Shown here piece after piece: positions 11,509 through 26,785 of a stretch of DNA of 64,000 nt (positions are counted from its first letter, which is position 1; each line of letters begins with the position of its first letter). Where the stretch lies: assembly GCF_009914755.1 (NCBI RefSeq), contig NC_060927.1; one strand, given 5' to 3'. Source of the DNA: the human T2T-CHM13v2.0 reference genome, Homo sapiens. The notes beneath the pieces were generated by a model. That model saw only the letters and a list, made by a program, of their open reading frames with translations. It did not search any database and was not told the DNA's origin. A program made the translations under genes and the position numbers.

Positions 11509-11729
11509 AGTTGAAGAAAGATATACTAACATTAATTAAGAGAAAGCAAGAATAGCTATATATTAATTTCAGACAGAATAGACTACAGATCAAGGAAAGT
11601 TATCAGGGATAAAGAGAGGAATTACGTACTGATAAAAGGGCCGAGTCTCCAAGACAGGGCAATCCTCAGTGAGTATGTGCCTAACAACAGGGAATTGAAA
11701 TATGTGAGAAAAAGCTAATAGAACCGTGC

Positions 11730-12660
11730 AGGAGGATTATGGCAGGATGGCACTGTAGAAAGCACCAGGAATGTGTCTTCTCACCTAAACACCAATGGCA
11801 CTAGCAGAATCTGGCTAATGTAATGGTTTTGGAACTCATGAGTCTATTGAAGACTTAAAATTTTCAGGGGAAGGCTTGGATGGTAAATGCTGGTTAATTT
11901 CAATCAATTTCTGCTGTTAGCACAGTAGCAGTTACCCATCCCCCATCCCTCAGCTCTGGGACAAGTAGCTGTGCACATGTTCCTGGAACAGCCTGCAAAC
12001 AACTTGCAGAAGCCAGGTTGGGTGAAAAGGATTCTGTTCTCAAATATCCTGGATTGGTACCCTTCTGATCTCAGAGATGCAGATGAAGAAGAAGCCATTG
12101 TTGTTGCATTTCCAAGCATTGTTGCGAGTCCCTTCCCCCTTGGCTGATGTGACTTCCAGCAGAATGTAGTATACCACATTAACAAAATGAAGAAAAGGTC
12201 ACGTGATCATTTCAATTGATGCAGAAAAAGCACTTGACAAAATTCAACACCCTTTCATGATAAAAACATTCCACAATGTAGGAATAGGAGGAAAAATTAC
12301 CTCAACATATGAAAGTCATATGTGAAAAATTCACAAGGCACATCATACTCAATGATGAAAGACTTAAAGCTTCTCCTCTAAGATCAGGAATAAGGGAAGT
12401 ATACCCACTTTTATCATTCTATTCAACAGCATACTGGAAATTCAGCAAGAGCAATTAGGCAAGAAAAAAAAAATAAAAGGCATCCAAACTGGAAAGGAAG
12501 AAGTAAAATTATCTCTGACACAGATGATATAATCTTATATGTAGAAAGCCCTAAAGATTTCTTAAAAACACTGTTAGAACTAATAACTGAGTTCAGCAAA
12601 GTAACAAACAAAACTCAATTGCATTTCAATACACTAATAATGAACAATCTGTAAAGGAAA
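11730..12660 (+). mobile_element. Second L1 (L1M3/M4-type 5'UTR fused to ORF2 RT segment) nested in L1MC1
   Basis: Interrupts the host endonuclease region. 5'UTR-like start 'ggaggattatggcaggatggc'; RT-region sequence from ~12163 duplicates the region found again at ~14350. Confidence 0.65.
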
Positions 12661-13507
12661 TGGACAGATCCAACAGGCAGAAAATCAGCAAGGACTAGTC
12701 CAACTCAACAACAGTATCAATCAAATGGATATAAGGGCCTCTGTAGACTACATCATCCAACAACAACGCAGTACACAAACTTCTCAAGCTCACATGGAAT
12801 ATTTTCTAAGAGAGACCACATTTTGGGGCATAAAACATGCTTTAATAAAAATGAAAGAATATAAATTGTACAATGTCTTCTCATAACACAATAGAATTAA
12901 ACTAGAAATCTATAACAGAAAGATAGCTAGAAAATACTGAAATACTTAGAGATTAAACAACATACTTCTAAATAACACCTGGGTCAAGGAAGAAATCACA
13001 AGAGAAATTTTAAAATACTTTGAAGTAAATGAAAATGAAAACACGACTCATCAAGATTTGTGGGACGCAACAAAATCAGTGCTTAGAGGAAAATTTATAG
13101 CATTGAAGGCACATATTGGAAAAGAAGAAAGAACTAAAATAAATAATCTAAACTTCCACTTTAGGGAACTAGAAAAAGAAGAGCAATAGAAATCCAAAGT
13201 AAGCAGAAAAGAAATAATAAAAATTAGAGCAGAAATCAATTAAATGGAAAAGAAGAAATCAAGTGAGAAAATCAACAAAACTGAAAGCTTGTTTTTTGAG
13301 AAGATGAACAAAATTGAGACGTCTCTAGCCATATTAGCAAATAAAAAAAGAGAGATAATACAAATTACTAATACAAAAAATGAAAGAGGGAATATTATTA
13401 TAGTTCCCATGGACGTTAAAAGGACAATAAAGAAGTACTATGAGAACAACTCTATGCCTATAAATTTGATAACCTAGATTAAATGTACCAACTCATTGAT
13501 AGACTCA

Positions 13508-14095
<588 letters not shown>

Positions 14096-16936
14096 CTACA
14101 ATATTTTCCAGAAAATAGAAGCAGAGGGACTACTTCCCACCTTATTCTATGAGGCCAGCATTATCCTAATACCAAAACCAGACAAAGACATTACAGAAAA
14201 ACAAAACTACAGAACAGTATTTCTCATGAACATAGATACAAAAATCCTCAATAATATATTAGCAAATAGAATCCAATAACAAGAATTATACGCCACAACC
14301 AAGAAGTATTTATTCCAAGTGTGCAAGCCTGGTTCAACATTTGAAAATCAATTAATGTAATCTACCACATCAACAACTAAAGAAGAAAAATCACACAAGC
14401 ATACCAATTGATGCAGGTAAAGCATTTGACAAAATCCAGCACTCACTTATAAAAACTCTCAGTAATCTAGAAATAGAAGAGAACTTCCTCAACTTAATAT
14501 AGAATATCTACAAAAACCCACAGTAAACATCATATTTAATGTTGGGAAACAAAGATTCCTGCCAAGATCAGGAACAAGGTAAGAATATACCCTTTTACCT
14601 CTCCTTTTCAACATTATACTTGAAGTCCTAGCTAATACAATAAGATAAGAGAAGAAAATAAAAGGTATGAAGACTAGGAAGAAAGAAATAAAACAGTCTT
14701 TGTTTACAGATTATGTAATTCGCTATCTAGAAAATTTAGAGGATCAACAAAAAAGTCTCCTGGAACTAAAAAATGAGTATAGCAGTTTTGCTGAATACAA
14801 TGTTAATAGACAAACGTCAATAGTTTTTCTATATACTAACAATGAACAAGTGGAATTTGAAGCTAAAACATACTACCATTTATGTTAGCACCCCCCAAAA
14901 TGAAATACTTAGTTATAAATCTAATAAAATATGTGAAAAACTTATATGAGAAAAACTGCAAAGCTCTGATGAAAGAAATCAAGGGGGAAATAAGTAAATG
15001 TAGAAATATTTCATGTTCATGGATAGGAAAACTGAATATTGTAAAAATGTTGATGTCAGTTCTTTCCAACTTGATCTATAGATTCAGCACAATTGAAATA
15101 AAAATCCCAGCAAGTTATTTTGTGGATATTGACAAACTAATTCTAAAATTTACATAGAGAAGCAAAAGATTCCAAATAGCCAATTCAACATTGAAGGAAA
15201 AAAACAATCAGAGAAATGATGCTGTCTTTAATACTTATTGTAAAGCTACAGTGATCAAGACAATGTGGTATTAGCAAAGAATAGACAAACAGATCAATGA
15301 AACAAAATGGAGAACTCAGAGATAGACCCACATAAATGTAGTCAACTGATCTTTGACAAAGGAGCAAAGGCAATACAATGGAGAAAAGATAGTCTTTTCA
15401 GCAAATGGTGTTGAAATAATTGGACATCTACATGCAAAAAATCTAGACAAAGACTTTATGCTCTTATAAAAATTAACAGAAAATGGATTATAGACCTAAA
15501 TATAAAATGCAAAAATAAAAAACTCCTAGAAGATAATGTAGGTGAAAATCTAGATGAATTTGGATATGGTAATGACTTTGCAACACCAAAGGCAAAATTC
15601 ATGAAATAAAGAATTTGATAAGCTGGACATTATTAACATTTGAAACTTCTGCTCTGTGAAAGACAATTCAAGAAAATGAGAAGATAAGCCTTAAATTAGG
15701 AGAATATACTTGCAAAAGACAGATAAAAGACTGTCATCCAAAATATAAAAGAACTCTTAAAACTCAACATAAGAACTCAAACAACCCAATTACAAAATGG
15801 GTCAAAGACCTTAACAGACATGTCACCAAAGAAGATATACAGATGCCAAATAAGCATATGGCAAAATGCTATATACATCATATATCATTAGAAAAATACA
15901 AATTAAAACAATAAGTAAACACTAACTATGCACCTATTAGAATGGCCAAAGTCCAGACAATTGATAACACCAAATGCTGGCAAGGATGTGGAGCCACAGG
16001 AACTCTCATTCATTGCTCCTGGGAATGCAAAATGGCACAGCCACATTAGAAGACAGTTTAGCAGTTTCTTACAAAACTAAACATACTCTTACCATATGAT
16101 CCAGCAATCATGCTGCTTGGTATCTACCCAAAGGAAATGAAAATTTATATCCACTCAAGAACCTGTACATGGATATTTACAGCAGCTTTATTCATAATTG
16201 CCAAAACGTGGAAGCAACCAAGATGTCCTTCAGTACGTGAAAGGATAAACTGTCATAAACTGTGGTACATCCAAATTATGGAATATTATTCAGTGCTAAA
16301 AGGATATGAGCCATGAAAAAACATGAAGGAAACTTAGATGTACATTATTAAGTGAAAAAAAGTCAATCCCAAAAGGCTATATACTGTAGATTTCCAGCTA
16401 TAAGACATTCTGGAAAAGGCAAAACTATGGAGACAGTAAAAAGATCAGTGGTTGCTAGTGGTTAGGGAGGAGGGAGAGATAAACATGTGGAGCACAGAGG
16501 ATATTTAGGGCAGTGAAACTGCTCCGTATGATACTATAGTGGTGGGTATATGTCATTATACATTTGTCCAAACACATAGAATGTACTACAGCAAAAATGA
16601 ATTATATTGTAAACTATGGACTCTGGGCGATAATGATGTGTTAATGTAGGTTTACCAATTGTAACAAAGGTACGATTCTGGTGAGATGTTGATAATTGGG
16701 AAGGCTGTGCATGTTCAGGGCAGGAGTTGTTAGGAAACCTGTACCTTCTACTAAATTTTGCTTTGAACCTAAAGCTACTCTAAAAAAAATTTATTAAAAA
16801 GAGATAATCCTTCACTATGTTAAGCCATCAAGACTTCAAGCTGTTTGTTTCAGCAGCATAGCCTATCCTACCTTAACTAATATAGGTTTATATTATTGTT
16901 ATCTCATTTTACAGGTGATGTAACTAAGGTTCAGAT

Positions 16937-17332
16937 TGTCTTAGTCAGTTTTGTATTGCTGTAGTAGAATATCACAGGCTGGGTAATTTATAAAGGAAAT
17001 AACTTTATTTCTCACAATTTTGGAAGTTGAAAAGTCCAAGATCAAGGTACTGGCATCTGGTGAGGGCCTTCTTGCTGCATCATCCCATGGCAAAATGAAA
17101 GAGGGTGAGACAGGGCAAGAGAGAAAGAGAGAAAGCAAGAATGAACTCACTTTTATAACAAACTCACTCTCATGTTAACAAACCCACTCCTTAGATAACG
17201 ACATTAATCCATTCATGAGCATAGAGCCTTCATGACCTAATCACCTCTTAAAGGTCCCACTTCCCAACACTGTTGCATTGGAGGTTAAATTTCCAACACA
17301 TGAACTTTAGGAGATACATTCAAGCCATATCA
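16937..17332 (-). mobile_element. MST-family MaLR solo LTR (MSTC/D-like) inside a MIR
   Basis: tgtcttagtc...ccatatca termini and 'aagtccaagatcaaggt..catctggtgagggcc'. MIR sequence continues on both sides. Confidence 0.85.
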
Positions 17333-17729
17333 GAGAAAAAGCAACTTTTCTAAAATTGCAGAACTATATACAGGGTAAAATTGGAACTAACCCAATGCCT
17401 GTTACACTCTAAAGCCATAGACTCTACAACCGCCTATAGAGAGTTATACTTTATTTCCCAGGATGTGAATGCTTTCAACATATGGTGATTTTTAGAGTGA
17501 TTGTTAGCTATACCCACGGGCTGATGGGGGTGTATATAAAAGCTTGAGGTACATAAAAATCATTTGAAGTGCTGGTTTTTAAAATGCCAGTTCCAGGACC
17601 CCATTCTCATAGATTATGATTCAGTAGCTCAGGGAAAGGAACATGGAATCTGCATTAAACAAATACTAAAGAACAAACCAGTGCCCACAGATTTATAAGG
17701 TAGTTAACCTCAGTGATAGACAAGAGCCA

Positions 17730-18172
17730 TCTTTCTGGCTTTTTTGCCCATGACCTCATCTGATGTTTGGGGACATTCTCCCTTCTTTTGTATCTTACAC
17801 CACCACCCACCACAGAAGCTGAAAAATAACAATCACACGTGTTCCCAGATCTCAGGTGAATGACCTAGGCTTAGCCTCTCAGACACACCTGCCCCACACT
17901 TGGAACCAAAGTTAGTGAAGGAAAGAAGTAGACTTGAGAGGAGCCCTGTGATAATCTTGTGACTCAGTGGGCCAAGCAACAGTGCTGGTAGAATCCTTCC
18001 CAGAGAAGTCCTGGGGTGAGGTTTTAGGATCATTCTGGACATAGATCGCTCCAAACCCAGTTCTTCTGCTTTCTTGCCATTTCTGTGAGCTACTCAAAAC
18101 CCTTTTCACAGTTCAGCTTAAATCCACCAGAGTGGATGGTGTGCTGTTGCTTACTATTAAGAACTCTGACTG
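17730..18172 (+). mobile_element. LTR33-like (ERVL)
   Basis: 3' motif 'ctgtgagctactc..gcttaaatccaccagagt..ctgttgcttactattaagaactctgactg'. Confidence 0.65.
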
Positions 18173-18884
18173 TGAATTGAAATTGCAGCCAAGAGTGTTT
18201 GGATATTTCATTCACACCTTGAATACATGCAACCACCCCCCCACCCCCAACTCTCTTTCCCCAAGACTATAATGATACTTCCTTCATCTTATTCTACCTT
18301 TTCCCTGGCCCTCTCAATTATTTTGTAGACAAACCTCAGGAGACCCTCTCTGGCAAAGGCCGAATTCTCTCATGGTGGGGCTCTAAAATGATTAGTGTTG
18401 AACGGGCAAAGACAGAATCCACTTGAAAGAGCTTGGAGAGGAAATCTGAGAATGTGCATATGTATATAAATTTTTTGTCACATATTCTAAAAGTGAATGA
18501 GGCCACCTCCCCCATTCTTCTGCTGCTTCACACTGCCTTATAGCTAGAAGTAGAATGGATTTTGCACAGGGAAATCCAGAGTCTCCATATAGCCTTGTTG
18601 TGCTGCTTATGAGAGCAGGATGAGCAGACGATTGGAGCACTCACAACCCAAACACTTGCACTCTAGAAAAGCATAAGGTGTAGAAACCCCAGGACACATT
18701 CCCGGTTGTGTAAGAAATACTTTCCTTTGTTTTTCTTTGACAACTGAATTCATATTTTAGCTTTCATCCTGCCTGGTGGCAGAAAACTTAATCTCAGTCA
18801 ATTCAGAGTTCCCTTTTCTCCCTGAGTTTGTGGCTAAGTTCCAGGAGGCTTATGTCACAGCTTTGGGAAAGGACATCTGGCTCT

Positions 18885-19679
18885 TGGTAATCATCTATGA
18901 GGCTGGCATCTGCTAAGATTCACAGCATTTTCTCTCCTCTTCAGTCCATAGGTGTGCTGTTATCCATCCCCATTTCTGACATCTGGGCCTCCCCAAGTGT
19001 GGCTCTTTTTTATTCTCTCAGCCTACTTTTTGGTCTACTTTTCCATGTATCTCCCCTCTCTGCTTGTGAGTATGTGGGACTTCTACGAGGCTGCTTTAGG
19101 CCCCTCATCTGAGACACCCCATAGAACCATCTTTACTGGTCACCCCTGTGTCCTGCTAGTGCAGGATCAACCAGGGAGGCTTACCACCCCCCAGGTTCTA
19201 CATGGAAAGCAAGAATAGATGCCCTGTGCACGTGGATTCCTCAAACCTAGTTGGGATTCTGTCACTCCTCCTTCCACCCCCAGGGAAGGCAGGGAAGGGG
19301 TGAGAGGGGGAGAGTGAGGGAGGTGGGAGAATGATAGGGGGACCTCTTCATGGGCCCAGCTTTTTATACTTCCCTCCAGTCCTCTTCTGCCATTAATCCA
19401 GGAAATATGTAGAGCTAGTTTGGAGGGTGGGTAAAACTGGTTCTGAGCCATTATGTGTTCTTTGAAATCTTTTGTCCTATGTCCTGTGCTCTTTCTGGTC
19501 CCTGCTGTGGCTTAGGCATTTAGACCTAAAAAAGCTTCTCTCCCTCTCTGCTGTGTAGTTCCTACCCTGAGACAAAGTACACCGCACTCCCCACAAGCTG
19601 GAGTGGGAGGAAGAGCCGCAGGAAAATCCTGGGCTAGGGTGGGCACCCAGTGGTTATCTTAAAACATTATTTCACAACA
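18885..19679 (-). mobile_element. Probable very old LTR (Gypsy-like MamGypLTR/LTR8x class?)
   Basis: Reverse strand starts TGTTGTGAAATAAT and has TATAAAA (~19362-19368) followed by AATAAA (19014-19009). Family not firmly recognised. Confidence 0.4.
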
Positions 19680-19879
19680 GGGGTCCGATATGAAATGTAC
19701 TGCTGAGAGTTTTTTTTTTTTTTTTTGCTTTTTATAAATTTCCAAGAACGTCATGCTCCTCCTACCCAGTCTTCCCAGCTAAACAGTCATTAGATTATAA
19801 GACAGGCATTCAGAAGGGTTAATGGAATTGATCCTTTTGATAATGTCTATTTACTAAAAGAACAGAGATTGTCTTATTT

Positions 19880-22640
19880 TTATGTACTCTATATATGTAA
19901 CTTTTATGTACATTTGAGATTAATTGCTATGAAATGAAGTACACCATTTTCCTCTTCTTGACTTTCATATAAATGACATCATGGAGTATGTACTTTATTG
20001 TGTCTGGGTTCTTTTGCTAAGCTTAATATTTGTGAGATTCACTTATGTCATTCTGTATATTTTTCATTACTGTGTAGTATTCCATTGTATAAATAGGCTA
20101 GGGTTTATTTACCTATTCTTCTGTTGGTGGACATTTGGATTGTTCCCAATTTTTGGTTATTATGAAAAAAGCTGCTATGAACATTCTTGTACATGTCTTC
20201 TAGTAGACACAGGCTTCATTTCTCTTGGATATACACTTAAGAGTGGGATTGCTGGGTCAAAAGATAGTTATGTGTTTAGCATTGCTACATAATGCCAAAC
20301 AGCTTTCCAGGACTTGTAGGGATTTATACTGTCACCATCAATATGAGAGTTTCAGTTTCTTGACATCTTAACCAATAATTCGTATCATCGGTCTTTAAAT
20401 TTAGCCATTCTGATGAGTATATAGTGTTATTTCATTGTGGTTTTAATTTCCATTTCCGTTATGAGTAATAATGCTGAGTACTTTTCCATATGTTTATTAG
20501 ACAATTAGGTATTTGAATATCCTCCTTTGCCATGTGTCTGTTCATGTCTTTTGACTTTTCTTGTTTCTTCATTTTTAGAGACAGGATCTTACTCTGTTGC
20601 CCAGGCTGGAGTGCAGTAGAGCAGTCATAGCTCACTACAGCCTAAAACTCCTGGGCTCAAGTGATCCTCCTTCCTCTGACTCCCAAGTAGCTAGAACTAC
20701 AGGTGCTTGTGTGCCACCACACCAACTAATTTCTTTGCTCATTTATTATTTAGGTGTCTTTTTTCTTATTGATTTATAGGAATTCTTTATACATTCTGGA
20801 TGTAAGTCTTCTGTTGGATATATGCATTGCAAATATTTTCTCCCAGGCTATGGCTTGCATTTTCACTCCTTTAATGGTGTCTGACTTTTGATGAGTAGAA
20901 GTTCTTAATTTTAGTGATGTCCAATTAATTAACGTTTTACAGTTAGTGCTTTTTGTGTCCTATTTAATCTCTGCTTAATCCAAGTTCATGAAGATATTAT
21001 TCTGTTTCTTCTAGAAGCTTTATTTTTTCATCCTTCACATGTAATTTTTACTATCAATCTCAAAATAATATTTGTGTCTGATGTAGAAGGCAAAGTTCTT
21101 TTTTCTATATGGATATACAATTGCTATAAAACCATTACTGAAAAGATTCTACTTTTGCCTTTGTGTTGTTATTGCATATCAAGTAACTGTATGTATGTGG
21201 GTATATTTCTAGGCTTTCTAGTTTATTTTGTTGATGTATTTGCCTGTCCTCAGGCCAGTACCACACTGTATGAATCACTGTGGCTTTATAGCAAATCTTG
21301 AAATTTGGTTGTGTAAATCCTTCAACTTTGTGTTTTTCTTCAGGGTTGTCTTGATTATTCTAGGCCATTTGCATTTCCATGAAAATATTATGAATTTCCA
21401 CAAAAAAATCTACTAGAATTTGATTGGAATTTCATTGAATCTGTAGGTCAATTTGGGAAGAATTGACATCTTAACACTTGAATATCTAATTCAATTTAGC
21501 AAGGTTACTGGATAAATCTATGTATATTCCACTATGTTGTCTGATTAAAAACAGTGTCACTTCTTCATTTCCAACCTTTATATATATTTTTTTCTTGCCT
21601 TAATGAACTGGTTATTTCCTCCAACATAATGCTTAATACTAGTGGTGATAGTGGGCATTCTTGTCTTATTTCTGGCCTTGGGGGTAAGGAGATCACTATT
21701 TTACCATTTATGTAATGTTAACCTTAAGAATTTTATAGGTACTCTTGATCAGATTAAGGAAGTTCCCATCTTATCCTAGTTTACTAAGAGATTTTATCAT
21801 GCATAACTTGAATTTTGTCAAATGCTTTTTCTGCATATATTGAGGTGATATTATGATTTTTCTCTTTTATTTTGTTAATTTGGTGAATTACTTTGATCAA
21901 TTATTGAATAATAATCAGTTTTATAGTTTCGTAAAGCTTCACTTGGTCAATGTATAATCTTGTTTCTTTATCAATAGATTCAATTTATTAATGTTATCTT
22001 GTTTGGGATTGTAATGTCTTTGCTCTTAAAACATAGTGGCCTATAATAGTCCTTTCTTAGAATGTCCTTGGCAGTTTTTGATATTAGAATTATGCTGGCC
22101 TCATAAAACCCCCAAATTTGGAATTGTTTCCTCATTCTTCTTGAAAAGTATATTAATTTTCCCTTAAGTATTCAGAAAAATTTATCAACAAAGCCATCCG
22201 AACGTACAGTTTTGCTCTGTTTTCTGGGGTGGGGCAGGCTTTTAATTACAGATTTGGTTTTTAAAATCAATATAGGATTACTTATTTTTCCTATTTCCTC
22301 TTGCGTCAGTTTAAATAATTTACATTTCTCAAGGAATTTGTTCATTTCAACAATGTTGTAAAATTTTTTGGCATTTTGTTTTTAAAATTTAGGATCTGTA
22401 GTTATACTTCTTTTAAAGTTCCTGACATAGGTAATTTGTGATTTTTTTTCCTTCTTAATTTTATAGTCAGAATTTATCAATTTTATTGCTCTTTCCAATA
22501 AAACAATTTTTTGTGTTATTCATATTTTGTTTCTACCTCCATTTCTATTTTATTGATTTCTCCTTTTTTCTTTATTTCCAGTCTTTTTGTTTTTTGGTTT
22601 GTTTCATTTGTATTTCTTTTTCTTGCTTCTTGAGATGGAA
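19880..22640 (-). mobile_element. L1ME-type LINE fragments
   Basis: Antisense L1 3'UTR/ORF2 motifs 'ggacatttggattgttcccaatttttgg', 'gagtgggattgctgggtca' and 'tttgtcaaatgctttttctgcat'. Confidence 0.85.
20560..20732 (-). mobile_element. Alu right monomer (AluJ/FRAM)
   Basis: 'gttgcccaggctggagtgcagt..ctcctgggctcaagtgatcctcc'. Confidence 0.85.
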
Positions 22641-22649
22641 ACCCGGTCT

Positions 22650-23772
<1,123 letters not shown>

Positions 23773-24371
23773 TAGATACATCTGTGCTCACTGTAAGTTT
23801 CTTTCAACTTCTATATATGATTGAAAATTTTTATAACAAGAGATTGGGAAAAAATCTAACCCATTTTGTGTTTTCCAAAGGAAGCATGTAGAAAATAGGA
23901 CTTTTCAGATCTGCATGCAGTGGTGGTGAAATGGTCTATTTGGGTCCCTAAACAGCGTCCAGCACATCATGAAGGTTCATTGATTGCTGCTGTGTTGCAT
24001 GTTTGTAAACTCACAGTTGTCTGACTCACCACCTGTGATTCTACCTGGGAGGCTGGCAAGGCAGATGTTACCACCACCATTGTTCTCTCTTTTCTTTTAA
24101 GATTAAAACCATTTTATTTTGTCTCTAATACATTTCTCCCCAAGTTGATAGATGCAGCAGTAACCAATAGTAAAATAGTCATGCATACAATTCATCTTCT
24201 TACAGAGAATCATGACTTTACAAACACAGACTTACAATCTATCGGGAAAGAAGAAGGCTGTTTTTAGAGAGCAAGCCCCTTGTAAACCTGACTTTGTTAT
24301 AAAGTACTGTTCTTTTTATATAATGTTAAATTTGATGTGCTTAAATTTTATTAAACATTTTTATATCTGGG

Positions 24372-24693
24372 TTTTTTGTTTTGTTTTGTTTGAGACAGAG
24401 CCTTGCTCTATCACCCAGGCTGGAGTGCAATGGCATGATCATGACTGACTGCAGCCTATGACTGCAGCCTAGAGAACTTCTGAGCTCAAGTGATTCTCCT
24501 GCCTCAGCCTCCTAAATAACTAGGACTACAGGTGTACATCACCACACCCAGCTCATTTTTTAAAAATTTGTTTTGTAGAGACAAGGTCTTACTATGTTGC
24601 CCAGGCTGGTCTCAAACTCCTAGGCTCAAATGATCCTTCTCCTTCAGCTTCCCAAAGTCCTGGTATTACAGACATAAGCCTCTGAGCCTGGCC
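24372..24693 (-). mobile_element. AluJ
   Basis: J-type 'ctcctaggctcaaatgatcc'; internal 13-bp duplication at 24446-24471. Confidence 0.9.
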
Positions 24694-25026
24694 CATTGTT
24701 CTCTTTTTGTAAATAAAGAAACTAAGCCTCTGAACTAAGTAATGATGACCTTGGGGGATGCACCAGGCCTCTGATTCCCTTTTTGCTGAGTGCTGCTCTG
24801 AGTTATCAGGGTGAAAACTGTCTGATAAGGAATCTGTTTAGCCAAGGTATTGGTGATTCAAAAGTGTTAAATATGCTTCTCCCAAGGGTTTTTGTATTTT
24901 TTAAAAAGATCAGTAGAGCAATAACTAAGCCAGTGAAATAACTAAACCTTTAACTGTGTAATTTCAGTCATAGTCAATGGAGACTGTTGGGACAGGGTGG
25001 GCAGAAGATGGGAAAGGAGAGGGCAA

Positions 25027-25041
25027 TTGGCCAGTTGCCAA
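25027..25041. promoter_or_regulatory. Perfect NFI palindromic site
   Basis: TTGGC-cagtt-GCCAA equals TTGGC(N5)GCCAA, in non-repeat DNA. Binding is not shown. Confidence 0.45.
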
Positions 25042-25854
25042 TCACACCCTGTAAGGAATGAGCTTCTCCATTCACATGCAAAGCTAGCATTGTCAAAAAA
25101 AAAACCCATCAGCTGAGGATTTTTTTGTATTGTGGTAAATCCTTTAAATTGCAAGCACAAGTTATTAATTTTATTTACATTTTAAAATGTATATTTATGA
25201 CAGAAAATCCACCTTTAAATTAATGGTATTGATATCCATTAGGTCTGATGCAGATTTCCAAATTTTATTTATCAGTAAATAATATAGCATCAGCTTTTTG
25301 AGAACAGATACAGAAGACGAAGTGCCCATATTTATTAAATGAAAGTAAATTATCATTCTAAAAGCAAGGTTTGAGCAACGTTCTCGCTGGTTTGGTTTTG
25401 CAGATATTTATGGACTCTAAGTGGGAATTGAGGTCTTATAAGCAAAGCAGGAAAAGTCAATTGACCTGAGCTTCCATAACTTTTTTAACTCAGGCTTGTT
25501 GTCACAACACTACTGACAGTACGAAGCGTGCACTCTGTTGCAACGTCAGATGAAGTGTTCATTTAATTAGAAATTAAAATTAGAGCATTAAAAGTTTGAA
25601 ATTTTTCTGATGTTTCACAGCCTATTTTTAATAACCCAATATTCTAGCACACTCAAAAAATCTGGGTGAGATTACTTTAAATATAGATACATCACCAAGA
25701 CCTGAGAGAGCATATAATGAGGTGTAGGGTTTCCCAACAAGGAGAAGGGGAAGCATGAACCCCCAGATAGGGCAGAGAACTACTGCTTGGATAGAAGGCA
25801 GTGCATGCAGGCTTTCTTAAGATATATTCTGCACCCCTCTACCTCTACAAGACT

Positions 25855-26495
25855 TTTACCAGCTTTGAGATATAATTCACCTATAAAATTCACCCACTTT
25901 AAGTGTACAATTCAGTGGCTTTTAATATTTATAGAGGTGTGCAGCCATCACTACAATCTAATTTCAGAACATTCTCATCATCTCCAAAAAAACCTTGTAC
26001 CCATTAGCAGTCACTCCCCTTTCCACCTCCCTTGAGCCACTGGCAACAATTAATTTCCTTTCTGTCTCCATAGATTTGCCTATTCTGGGTATTTCATATA
26101 AATTGAATCACACAACACCTGGATGTTTATGACTGGCTTCTTTCACTTAGCGTAACGTTTTCAGGATTCATCCATGGTGTGGCGTGTGTGAGTAATTCAT
26201 TCCTTTTTATTGCTGAAAAATATTCTCTGGTATGGATAACCCACAGTTTTATTCATTCATCAGTTTGTGGACATTTGGGCTATTCCCACTTTTGGGCTAT
26301 TATGAATTAATGCAGCCATAAGTATTTGTGTACAGGTTTATTCATAAACATAGGCTTTCATTACTCCTAAGTATATACGTAGGAGTAGAACTGCTGGGTC
26401 ATATGATAACTCTATGTTTAACATTCTGAGGAAATGGCAGGCTGTTTTCCAAAGTGGCTGCACTATTTTACATTATGATCAGCAATGTATGGAAA
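25855..26495 (-). mobile_element. L1MB (7/8-like) 3' end
   Basis: 'gctttgagatataattcacctataaaattcacccactttaagtgtacaattcagtgg'. Confidence 0.88.
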
Positions 26496-26619
26496 TCCAA
26501 GTAATGCTGACTTTAAACCTCAGAGATCTTCACTAGCAAGACTGGAAAAGATGGCTTGGACCCAGAAGATCGTGAGTCCAGAAATCCCCAATTGCCAACT
26601 GCTGCCGTATAAGACCTGT

Positions 26620-26785
26620 AGATTCTCGATATTCAAAGTGTGGATCTTGAATTCATAGCATCTCCATCACCTGGAACCTTGTTAAAAATGCAGAATCTTA
26701 GGCCCCATCCAAGATCTACTGAATCAAAATAATTTTGGTAAGAATTACAATGATCCATATGCAAATAGTTTGAGAATTACTGCCA
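26620..26785. mobile_element. MER5A-like
   Basis: 'agcatctccatcacctggaaccttgttaaaaatgcagaatcttaggccccatccaagatctactgaatca'. Confidence 0.75.

Noticed and set aside
12155-12175. 5'UTR-to-ORF2 junction in the nested L1 as a splice event
   Set aside because: The ORF2 sequence preceding 'aatgt' (compare ~14350) does not end in AG, so deletion is more likely.
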